Part shown: positions 1 to 8,024 of the stretch, piece after piece
Layout of the letters: each line of letters opens with the position of its first letter
Numbering within the stretch: position 1 is the stretch's first letter
Source of the DNA: Patescibacteria group bacterium
Lineage (GTDB): Bacteria > Patescibacteriota > Microgenomatia > Levybacterales > UBA12049
DNA length: 64,000 nt
Assembly (NCBI GenBank): GCA_041743715.1
Contig: JBGTMH010000045.1
Span: forward strand, 18,092 to 82,091
Reading direction: 5' to 3'
The notes under the pieces: generated by a model
Told to the model about the DNA's origin: nothing
Database searches by the model: none
The model's input: only the letters and a program-made list of their open reading frames with translations
Program-made: the position numbers and the translations under genes

Positions 1-74
1 GACGCCCCAGCTGGAAAAATGGTTTATACGGTGGTTTCGATAAGTTAATTATTAGCCTCATATATAAGTCCCTG

Positions 75-103
75 TTGACCCCTCGAACCTGAAGTTTTAT
101 AAT
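75..103 (+). promoter_or_regulatory. sigma70-type promoter TTGACC-17 nt-TATAAT upstream of the phosphoketolase gene
   Basis: TTGACC at 75-80, exactly 17-nt spacer, TATAAT at 98-103. The -10 box overlaps the first ATG (102), so the in-frame ATG at 117 is the more likely start. Confidence 0.55.
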
Positions 104-2879
104 GCAAGATACTGCTATGGATAAAGCGATTGAGAACATACGAAAATATGTCAGGGCTGCGAATTATCTTTCTGTTACGCAGATTTATCTTCAAGATAAC
201 TTTCTCTTGCATCGTGCTCTGAAACCAACGGACATCAAACCCAAACTTTTCGGTCACTGGGGGACGTGTCCGGGGATTAATTTTGTCTATGGACACCTGA
301 ACTATTTAGTCAAAAAGCATCAGCAGTCTACAATTTTTGTGTTGGGTCCCGGGCACGGGATGCCGGGGTTACAGGCAAATTTATTCCTTGAGGGAACGCT
401 CCAGAAATATTATCCGCAAGCGACACGAGACGCAAAAGGTATTGGGTATATCTCGAAGATGTTTGCCTGGCCATATGGATTCTCAAGTCACGCGACTCCT
501 GAGGCTCCGGGGACGATACTTGAGGGAGGAGAGTTGGGGTATTCTTTGGCATCTGCTTATGGGGCGATTCTTGATAATCCTGATTTACTAGCTGTTACGT
601 TGATCGGTGATGGGGAAGCTGAAACAGGTGCCATCGCTGCAGCGTGGCATATTAATAAATTGATTGATCCGGCAACCAATGGCGCAGTTTTGCCGATTCT
701 CCATGTTAATGGATATAAAATTTCAGGACCGACAATTTTTGGCCGGATGAGTAATAAAGAATTAGAAGACTTATTCAGCGGGTATGGATACGAGCCGTTT
801 TTTGTGGAAGGCGAAAATATTGATGTACAGATGTTCACGACACTGGAAAAATGTTACCAAACCATAAAAGGAATCCAATCGACTGCACGTGAGAATCCAA
901 ATGCTTATAAACCCCGCTTCCCGATGATTGTTATGCGGACACCAAAGGGGATGACGACTGTGAAAGAATTGCGGGGGATAAAGATTGAAGGCACGATACT
1001 TGCGCATCAAGTCGTTATGCCAACAGTCCGTGGCGATGATCAGGAATTACATGCTCTCGAGGAGTGGCTTCGTTCCTATCATTTCGAAGAATTATTTGAT
1101 ACGGAAAAAGGGTTTGAAGACGCGATCTTGGATGTCATTCCACAGGACAGCCTTCTTATTGGAGATAATCGTGACGTCTTGGGTGGAACATATAAACCAC
1201 TTGTGCTTCCTGAGACAAAAAAATTGGCCAAACCTGTTGCTATGCCTGGAAAAGTTCAATCAAATGCCCTGCGTATGTCAGGTACCTATTTGAAAGAAAT
1301 CTTTCGTCTCAATAGTGAACAAAAGAATTTCCGACTTATGTCTCCTGATGAAACCTATTCAAATCGTCTGGACGAAGTTTTCCAAGTAACATCTCGAGGA
1401 TGGGTTTGGCCACATGATCCACAAGATCGTGATATCACCAGAGACGGAAGAGTCATGGAAATCCTTTCAGAGCACAATATGCATGGGCTGGCGCAGGGGT
1501 ATGTGTTGACCGGACGCCATGCTGTTTTTACCACCTATGAAGCATTCGCCCAAATCTTCTCAAGCATGGCACATATGTATCAGAAGTTTCTCAAATACGT
1601 ACGCAAGATGCCATGGCGGGAGGATATTGCATCGATGAATTATTTGTTAACTTCAACGGCTTGGCGGCAAGAGCACAATGGGTATTCTCATCAAAATCCG
1701 AGCTTTGTCTCAGGTATGCTGGAAAAACACAATGACTTCATAAAAGCATATTTCCCAGTAGATGATAACAGCATGCTTGCAGTGATGGAAGAGACGATGT
1801 CCTCCAAAAATCAAATGAATATTATCACTGCTGGTAAAACACCTGAGCCCCGATGGTTGACATATGAGCAAGCGAAAGAAACGTTAAAGACCGGTCTTCT
1901 GACGTGGGATTTTGCGAGTGATGAAAATCCTCATGTGGTATTGGTCGGAATCGGGGACTATGTTACCAAAGAAGCGCTTGCAGCGGTTGAATTAATTAAA
2001 AAAGACGCACCTGAAATTCGAGTACGCTTTGTGAATATCGCCCGTCTGCAAGCAGCCTGTTCCTGCGTTGGAGAGTTTCATCCACAACTTCCTGATGCTG
2101 AACGCCATTTTACTGTAGACAAACCGGTCATTATTAATTTCCACGGGTATCCCGAAGTGATGCAAGCGATGCTGACACACGTGAAGAATCCTGGACGTTT
2201 CTCAGTTCATGGGTATGTAGAAGAAGGTGGGACAACGACGCCGTTTGATATGCAGGTGAGAAATAAAACAGACCGTTATCATCTGGCAATTGAAGTATTG
2301 TATATAATGGAAAAAAATGGAATAGTAACGAGTGAAAAAGCACAAGAATTACAAGAGCAGTACAAAAAAGCATTGAACGATCATTATTCATATGTTACCG
2401 AAAACGGTGCTGATCCTATAGAGATTGAACAATGGCAATGGGATGGCGTTGTACCTGAAACAAATGTCGCGAGGGGTGTTGATCACGAAACAGTATTAAA
2501 AAATGCCCGCACGATTGCTTTTGTGGGACTATCAGATAAGCCAGAGCGGCACAGTCACAAAGTTGCAAAATATTTCCAGAAGAAAGGATACCGAGTTATC
2601 CCCGTTAACCCGAAGTTACAGGAAGTACTGGGCGAAAAATCTTATGCCAGCATAACGGAAATTCCAGGAGATATTCATATAGACATCGTCGATATCTTCC
2701 GCAAACCAACCGAAGTCATCCCCCACATGCAAGAAATTGTCGAGCGGGGCAACATAAGAACAGTCTGGCTCGCTGACGGAGTCAATACACACGAAGCCGA
2801 AGATTTCGCCGAAGACTATGGCCTTTCTCTCGTGACTAACTACTGTATCCTCGATGCGTATAAGGATATGCAGAAGTAG
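102..2879 (+). CDS. xfp: Xylulose-5-P/fructose-6-P phosphoketolase fused to a C-terminal CoA-binding (YccU/CoA_binding_2-like) domain
   Basis: 925-aa ORF. N-terminal ~790 aa is typical XFP (RAANYLSVTQIYLQDN, GHWGTCPG, EGGELGYS, GDGEAETG). The last ~135 aa (ARTIAFVGLSDKPERHSHKVAKYFQKKGYRVIPVNP...) match the small CoA-binding protein family. Likely true start is ATG 117. Confidence 0.9.
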   Translation: MQDTAMDKAIENIRKYVRAANYLSVTQIYLQDNFLLHRALKPTDIKPKLFGHWGTCPGINFVYGHLNYLVKKHQQSTIFVLGPGHGMPGLQANLFLEGTLQKYYPQATRDAKGIGYISKMFAWPYGFSSHATPEAPGTILEGGELGYSLASAYGAILDNPDLLAVTLIGDGEAETGAIAAAWHINKLIDPATNGAVLPILHVNGYKISGPTIFGRMSNKELEDLFSGYGYEPFFVEGENIDVQMFTTLEKCYQTIKGIQSTARENPNAYKPRFPMIVMRTPKGMTTVKELRGIKIEGTILAHQVVMPTVRGDDQELHALEEWLRSYHFEELFDTEKGFEDAILDVIPQDSLLIGDNRDVLGGTYKPLVLPETKKLAKPVAMPGKVQSNALRMSGTYLKEIFRLNSEQKNFRLMSPDETYSNRLDEVFQVTSRGWVWPHDPQDRDITRDGRVMEILSEHNMHGLAQGYVLTGRHAVFTTYEAFAQIFSSMAHMYQKFLKYVRKMPWREDIASMNYLLTSTAWRQEHNGYSHQNPSFVSGMLEKHNDFIKAYFPVDDNSMLAVMEETMSSKNQMNIITAGKTPEPRWLTYEQAKETLKTGLLTWDFASDENPHVVLVGIGDYVTKEALAAVELIKKDAPEIRVRFVNIARLQAACSCVGEFHPQLPDAERHFTVDKPVIINFHGYPEVMQAMLTHVKNPGRFSVHGYVEEGGTTTPFDMQVRNKTDRYHLAIEVLYIMEKNGIVTSEKAQELQEQYKKALNDHYSYVTENGADPIEIEQWQWDGVVPETNVARGVDHETVLKNARTIAFVGLSDKPERHSHKVAKYFQKKGYRVIPVNPKLQEVLGEKSYASITEIPGDIHIDIVDIFRKPTEVIPHMQEIVERGNIRTVWLADGVNTHEAEDFAEDYGLSLVTNYCILDAYKDMQK

Positions 2880-2915
2880 AGCCTCAATTTTTATATTCAT
2901 GAACTTTTTTCTGTC

Positions 2916-2951
2916 TTGACTCGGGTACTTTGTACATGTAATATATGTACA
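2916..2951 (+). promoter_or_regulatory. Promoter TTGACT-17-TAATAT with overlapping inverted repeat TGTACAT/ATGTACA (candidate BrnA operator)
   Basis: TTGACT 2916-2921, 17-nt spacer, TAATAT 2939-2944. The 7-bp inverted repeat 2931-2937 / 2945-2951 straddles the -10 box. Confidence 0.5.
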
Positions 2952-3245
2952 GTGATTGATCTGAGGAAGATAATAGGATTTGAATGGGATGAAGGGAATT
3001 TTGATAAAAACTACAAAAAACACGGAATAACAACGAAGGAGGCAGAAGAGGTTTTTTTAGATGAGAAACAGTTAGTTTTAGAAGATGATAGGCATTCTCA
3101 AAAAGAAGAGCGATTTACCATGATCGCTAGGAGTACAAATAATAAAGTGCTTTTTATAGTATTTACGATGAGGGGAAATAGTATTCGAATTATTTCAGCA
3201 CGAAAAGCAAATAAGAAAGAGGTGAGGTTATATGAAGAAATTTAA
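2952..3245 (+). CDS. brnT: BrnT-family (DUF497) type II toxin
   Basis: FEWDEGNFDKNYKKHGITTKEAEEVF...IRIISARKANKKE is the BrnT/DUF497 pattern. The ORF-track start (TTG 2916) is the -35 box, so the start is taken as in-frame GTG 2952 (uncertain). Overlaps brnA by 14 nt. Confidence 0.75.
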   Translation: MIDLRKIIGFEWDEGNFDKNYKKHGITTKEAEEVFLDEKQLVLEDDRHSQKEERFTMIARSTNNKVLFIVFTMRGNSIRIISARKANKKEVRLYEEI

Positions 3246-3495
3246 GAAAATTCCAAAGTTTAAATCAGAAGCAGAAGAAAGAGAATTTTGGCAGACTCAT
3301 GATTCAACTGAGTATGTCGATTGGTCAAAAGCCAAAAGAGGAATCCACTTTCCTAATCTCAAACTTACTACGCGTCCAATTACCTTACGGCTTCCCGAAG
3401 GCATGATTGATAGATTAAAAATCCAAGCGCATAAGATGGATATTCCTTATCAAGCACTGATTAAAAAATTCATCTTTGATGGTTTGGCAAAATAG
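3232..3495 (+). CDS. brnA: BrnA-family antitoxin (CopG/RHH-like C-terminus)
   Basis: 87 aa: FKSEAEEREFWQTHDSTEYVDWSKA...ITLRLPEGMIDRLKIQAHKMDIPYQALIK. Typical BrnA, translationally overlapped with brnT. Confidence 0.75.
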   Translation: MKKFKKIPKFKSEAEEREFWQTHDSTEYVDWSKAKRGIHFPNLKLTTRPITLRLPEGMIDRLKIQAHKMDIPYQALIKKFIFDGLAK

Positions 3496-3518
3496 GTGTT
3501 AACTTTGTAATGCGAGGG

Positions 3519-4091
3519 TTAATGAGTGTTCTTATACCAGTCCGTTATTGCTGCTCGATGTTTGTAGGCGATATTCTGAGGGAGATTATCTGATGTAAAG
3601 TAGCGCAAATCGGTAAATTCACTACCCCGCGTGATAGGTCCACTAACTGTTCCAAAAAATATAATATCCAGATGCATTCCGCGAGGATCATCATCAATCA
3701 GATATGTTCCGATTATTCCTTCAATGATAATGTTTGTCCCAATTTCTTCTTGTGCTTCTCTTCGGACTGCGACTTCTGCCGTTTCTTCATAGCTGATAAA
3801 TCCACCCGGAAGCACCCAGTAATCCTTAAAGGGTTCATGTGCCCGCTTAAGCATGAGCACTTTTCCGTCTTGATGTAAGAGTATACTCACAACGGGTTTG
3901 GATTTATTCCAGAAAATAAAGTCACAATTTGTACAGGCTTTTACTTTTTCCCGGTCAATTTTTTTGGCAATAAGTGGTTTACAGCAGTGAGGGCAGAATT
4001 TGTAGAGATTATATTGGTTCGGTGGTGACGGCATACATTGATTATAACAGTCTTTCTTGTATTTTGATTCAATCGGGATTACAATATACAT
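3519..4091 (-). CDS. NUDIX hydrolase with N-terminal CxxC...CxxC zinc ribbon
   Basis: Nudix box GGFISYEETAEVAVRREAQEEIG. CPHCC...CTNC lies upstream of it. Start moved to ATG 4091 (MYIVIP...) because the longer ORF overlaps the divergent gene at 4095. Confidence 0.8.
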   Translation of the reverse strand: MYIVIPIESKYKKDCYNQCMPSPPNQYNLYKFCPHCCKPLIAKKIDREKVKACTNCDFIFWNKSKPVVSILLHQDGKVLMLKRAHEPFKDYWVLPGGFISYEETAEVAVRREAQEEIGTNIIIEGIIGTYLIDDDPRGMHLDIIFFGTVSGPITRGSEFTDLRYFTSDNLPQNIAYKHRAAITDWYKNTH

Positions 4092-4094
4092 ATT

Positions 4095-4418
4095 ATGCAA
4101 CCACTCGTTATTGAAGCAAAACTTTTGGTGCAAGCGATAGTAAAGAATTACCATCCTGAGAAAGTTATTCTTTTTGGATCGGGAGCACGCGGGGATTCTC
4201 ATGGTAATTCCGATATTGATCTTCTTATTATCAAAAAAAGCGATAGAAAAAAAGCATATAGGATAAAAGAAGTCTTTGAATCGCTTCGCACGACACCTCG
4301 TACCTATCCTTTGGACCCAATTGTTTATACTCCAGATGAAATTAAGAAACGTCTTTCTCTGGGTGATTACTTCATAAAACGAATAATGGCAGAAGGAAAA
4401 ATATTGTATGGAAAGTAA
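4095..4418 (+). CDS. Nucleotidyltransferase-domain protein (MNT-type, HEPN/MNT antitoxin-like)
   Basis: LFGSGARGDSHGNSDIDLLII is the minimal nucleotidyltransferase GS-x9-DxD motif. 107 aa. Confidence 0.75.
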   Translation: MQPLVIEAKLLVQAIVKNYHPEKVILFGSGARGDSHGNSDIDLLIIKKSDRKKAYRIKEVFESLRTTPRTYPLDPIVYTPDEIKKRLSLGDYFIKRIMAEGKILYGK

Positions 4419-4476
4419 GAAGCAGAAGTTAGCGCAAGAATGGTTTGATGCAGCTTTAAGCGATTATGAATATTAA
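4408..4476 (+). pseudogene. 22-codon relic of the cognate HEPN gene
   Basis: ATG 4408 overlaps the MNT stop by 11 nt, as in HEPN/MNT pairs. It encodes MESKKQKLAQEWFDAALSDYEY then stops, which resembles only a HEPN N-terminus. The acs start codon (4466) lies inside it. Confidence 0.35.
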
Positions 4477-6220
4477 TGCAAGTATTATTAAAAAAGAAGT
4501 AAAGAAATTTTCTCTTGTACCCAATCTTTCTGATTACGAAAAAATCTACAAATCCTTCTCTTGGAAGAAGGCTGAGAAAGAGTTGGTGGATTTTTTTGCT
4601 GATGGGACGTTGAATATTGCATATAACTGTATTGACCGGCATGCGAAGTCAGAGAAAAAGGATAAAACTGCTTTGTTGTTCACTGATGCAAACGGGGGGA
4701 AAGAAGCGTATACATTTGGGGATTTAAAAAAGCAGACTGATAAGTTTGCGAATGTTCTCACTTCAAACAAAATAATAAAAGGTGACCGAGTCTTTCTTTT
4801 CTTGCCGCCAATTCCTGAAAGGTATGTCGCCTTTTTTGGAATCTTAAAAGTGGGTGCAGTGGCAGGAACACTTTTTTCTGCATTTCAGGAGATGGCGCTT
4901 TTGGATCGACTGAAAGATAGTGGGGCAAAAATGGTGATTACCAATGCAGTGTTGTATCCCCGGATTGAAAAGATTTGGAAAGACCTGCCTGATCTTGAAA
5001 AAGTTATTGTTGTTGAACGAGGATCTGAGGATCAACCCCAGGGGAAAAAGATTGTTTATTATGGGAAGGAAATGAAAAGTGCCTCAGAAGACTTTGAAAC
5101 TGCGCATCTTAAGAAAGATGATTACTCCTATATGCTTTATACATCAGGGACAACCGGCAAACCAAAAGGCGTTATGCATGCGCACTATGATGTACTCCAG
5201 GCGATGGTAACGACCAAATATGTGCTTGATCTTCAAGAAAAAGATATCTATTGGTGTACAGCGGATCTCGGTTGGGTGACCGGTGTTGTCTATGGTGCAC
5301 TCGGTCCGTGGGGGCTTGGGATAACGCAAGTTTTGTCTGAAGGACGGTTTAGTCCGCAAGGGTGGTATACCGTTTTGAAAGAAAATAAAGTAACTGTTTG
5401 GTATTCTGCACCGACTGCTATCCGTATGTTAATGGGAGCAGATGTTGATCCAAAGAAATTTGAGCTCACGGATCTCCGGTATCTGGCCAGTGTGGGTGAA
5501 CCATTAAATCCAGAAGCTATTTGGTGGGCGCTTGAGAAATTTGGGTTGCCGTTTCATGACACCTGGTGGCAAACAGAACAAGGTGGTATTACGATTACCA
5601 ATTACCCTGTGATGGATATCAAGCCCGGTTCTATGGGTAAGCCGCTTCCTGGAGTTGTCGCAGCAATTATTGATGATAACGGGAAAGAGTTACCTGTCGG
5701 ACAAGAAGGTAATTTGGCATTACTTGCAACAAGTGTTTCTTCTTTAATGAAAACAATTTGGAAGAATGAAGAAAAGTTTCGGTCGTATTTTAAGGACAAA
5801 TGGTACATCTCTGGTGACCGTGCTGTGAAAGATACGGATGGCTATTATTGGTTTATCGGTCGGGCAGATGATGTGATCAATACGTCGGGTGAACGTGTTG
5901 GACCATTTGAAGTAGAAAGCGCGCTCGTTGAGTATCCTGATGTCGTTGAAGCAGGTGTGATTGGCAAGCCGGATGCAGTACGCGGGGAAATTATTAAAGC
6001 ATTTGTGGTGGTAAAACCAGGCGTTGCACAAACGGACGAATTGATAGAAAAGCTCAAACAGCATGTTAAAAAACATTTGGCAGGTCATGCATATCCCAGA
6101 GAGATTGAGTTTATCGACAAGTTGCCAAAGACTCGCTCAGGCAAAATCATGAGAAGGATTTTGAAAGCCAAAGAATTAGGCCTCCCTATTGGTGATACTT
6201 CAACGCTTGAGGATTATTGA
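4466..6220 (+). CDS. acs: AMP-forming acetyl/acyl-CoA synthetase
   Basis: 584 aa with adenylate-forming motifs YTSGTTGKPKGV, WWQTEQGG, YISGDRA and LPKTRSGKIMRR. The N-terminus resembles Bacillus-type AcsA. Confidence 0.85.
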   Translation: MNINASIIKKEVKKFSLVPNLSDYEKIYKSFSWKKAEKELVDFFADGTLNIAYNCIDRHAKSEKKDKTALLFTDANGGKEAYTFGDLKKQTDKFANVLTSNKIIKGDRVFLFLPPIPERYVAFFGILKVGAVAGTLFSAFQEMALLDRLKDSGAKMVITNAVLYPRIEKIWKDLPDLEKVIVVERGSEDQPQGKKIVYYGKEMKSASEDFETAHLKKDDYSYMLYTSGTTGKPKGVMHAHYDVLQAMVTTKYVLDLQEKDIYWCTADLGWVTGVVYGALGPWGLGITQVLSEGRFSPQGWYTVLKENKVTVWYSAPTAIRMLMGADVDPKKFELTDLRYLASVGEPLNPEAIWWALEKFGLPFHDTWWQTEQGGITITNYPVMDIKPGSMGKPLPGVVAAIIDDNGKELPVGQEGNLALLATSVSSLMKTIWKNEEKFRSYFKDKWYISGDRAVKDTDGYYWFIGRADDVINTSGERVGPFEVESALVEYPDVVEAGVIGKPDAVRGEIIKAFVVVKPGVAQTDELIEKLKQHVKKHLAGHAYPREIEFIDKLPKTRSGKIMRRILKAKELGLPIGDTSTLEDY

Positions 6221-6230
6221 CAGAATTGAT

Positions 6231-7514
6231 TTAATAAGTATACTTATCAATAACCCTTGCCGCATCGGGATTTTGTCTTAACAGTTGAATCACTTCTGGA
6301 TGAACATACTCTGTGAGAGCCAGTGATGTTCTAATCACTTCTTTGAGTTGCGCTCTCCGGTGTCCTGTTAAACCGTCTAAACATTTTGGCAAATAATTAG
6401 GTGCTGTAGCAAGAATGGTAATTAAAGATGATGTCGCTTCATCGGGATTGCTAAAAGCATGTCCTCCAAAAATTTCATCTCTTGTGCCGAGTAATGTTTT
6501 CGTAGCTTTTCCATCCTTCAGACATGTAAACTCTTGGTCATTATTATAATATTGTTTGACTGCTACTGGAATGAGTGGTGTCGCCTCTTGATATATCGTG
6601 TAATTATCTAAAAGTTTTCCACGGACACCTTTAACATAATAAGGCACTTCAAATATACTTACTGCTTCGCAGCCTGGATTGGTGAAGGGGGCGTAGATTT
6701 CAGGTTGATCCTCGAGCATTGCTTGAGAAGTAAACTCCATGGCCTGTACATAATTAGTTACTCGGTCTATGCCGTATACTTGAATAACTTCTGGATCTTG
6801 CAACACAAGATTAAATCTTTTTGAGGTTTCTAGAAAAGCATCTGCAATTGCGTCTCTATTGTCTGATATGAAGTCGCGATAGAGTGAATCCCGTACAACT
6901 TTACAAGCATTTCTTACCCGATTTATTTTTTCAGTAAGTGTTTTATCTTCTGGTATGGTATTTGTTTCAAGGTATTGATTCCAATCCTGATTCAATCCGT
7001 GCGTTGCTTCGTGGATACCAGTAGTTTTAAATAGTCTTTTATTAAAATAAACACCTTGTTCAGTAGGCCCATAACCGTCACTAATAAAAAAGTTAACAGA
7101 TTTATCTCGTAGATTAAAGTTTCCGTTATCTTGAGCGCTTGGTAAAACCCTAATGCTTCTAATATTGCCTTTTTTTGCAGCAAGCTTGAAGAGTGGGTGA
7201 TTAATGGTTTCTAAAAATGCTTCTTTATAAGCTGTTGGTAGTATCTCTGCAAATTGCATATCGGCATACTCGCCATTTTCTACTGTGACTACTGCGGCAG
7301 GAGTAACGGGTTCATCGCCTTCGTACCACTTCCCTGTGATTGGGGGGAGTGCATTTTTTTCTTGAATGGGTGCTCTTTCAGCGTGGGTACCGGTTGATGG
7401 GAATTGCGGTGCTTGTGTTTCTGCTCTTGAGCATGCACTTGGAAGCAAAAATAAAGGTACTACAGCCGCTGCTGCAAGTCTCCTTCTTAGTCTTCGTGGA
7501 TTTTCTGGAGTCAT
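6231..7514 (-). CDS. Secreted protein / putative lipoprotein with HExxH metalloprotease-like motif
   Basis: Start taken at ATG 7514 (MTPENPRRLRRRLAAAAVVPLFLLPSAC...), giving a signal peptide with a lipobox-like SAC. It carries a single HEATH motif. No family recognised. Confidence 0.5.
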   Translation of the reverse strand: MTPENPRRLRRRLAAAAVVPLFLLPSACSRAETQAPQFPSTGTHAERAPIQEKNALPPITGKWYEGDEPVTPAAVVTVENGEYADMQFAEILPTAYKEAFLETINHPLFKLAAKKGNIRSIRVLPSAQDNGNFNLRDKSVNFFISDGYGPTEQGVYFNKRLFKTTGIHEATHGLNQDWNQYLETNTIPEDKTLTEKINRVRNACKVVRDSLYRDFISDNRDAIADAFLETSKRFNLVLQDPEVIQVYGIDRVTNYVQAMEFTSQAMLEDQPEIYAPFTNPGCEAVSIFEVPYYVKGVRGKLLDNYTIYQEATPLIPVAVKQYYNNDQEFTCLKDGKATKTLLGTRDEIFGGHAFSNPDEATSSLITILATAPNYLPKCLDGLTGHRRAQLKEVIRTSLALTEYVHPEVIQLLRQNPDAARVIDKYTY

Positions 7515-7575
7515 CGAGGAATTATAACTTATAGTATCGACTTGTGCAATCCAATGAGTTTGTATATATGACTCA

Positions 7576-8004
7576 CTATTTACGCATATAAAACTTCTTT
7601 TCCAAATAACATGCAACGCCTAATCTGCTTGCTTCATAATGCGGTTCGGTGAGTTTTCGAGGGTCACACCAGAACCATTCAGTAAGTTTCTCTGGTTCCA
7701 TCACTTTGGGTGTTCCAGAAAAAGTTTTTGCAAGAAGGATAATAGAAACTGAGTGTCTTCCTTCTTCATTGAACGTTTCTAAATTGTTGGTAATGCATAG
7801 GACTTTTGGACTCCTAATATCCAGATCAGTTTCTTCTTTTACTTCTCGTATTGCGGCTTCCTCAAAGGTTTCACCTAGTTCTAAAGAGCCCCCGACTATG
7901 GAGTATTTCGGTGCATGTGTACCAATTCGTTTGGCAATCAGGATATTTCCGTTCTTATTTTCAATAATGACACCGATGCCGACCAGGGGTCTTTTGCATA
8001 GCAT
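7576..8004 (-). CDS. NUDIX hydrolase (MutT-like)
   Basis: Nudix box GGSLELGETFEEAAIREVKEETDL. 142 aa. Confidence 0.8.
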   Translation of the reverse strand: MLCKRPLVGIGVIIENKNGNILIAKRIGTHAPKYSIVGGSLELGETFEEAAIREVKEETDLDIRSPKVLCITNNLETFNEEGRHSVSIILLAKTFSGTPKVMEPEKLTEWFWCDPRKLTEPHYEASRLGVACYLEKKFYMRK

Positions 8005-8024
8005 AGATCGATTATACCAAGAAA

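Noticed and set aside
1-48. Possible 3' end of an upstream plus-strand gene (…DAPAGKMVYTVVSIS stop at 46-48)
   Set aside because: Only 15 codons are visible. That is too short to support a call.
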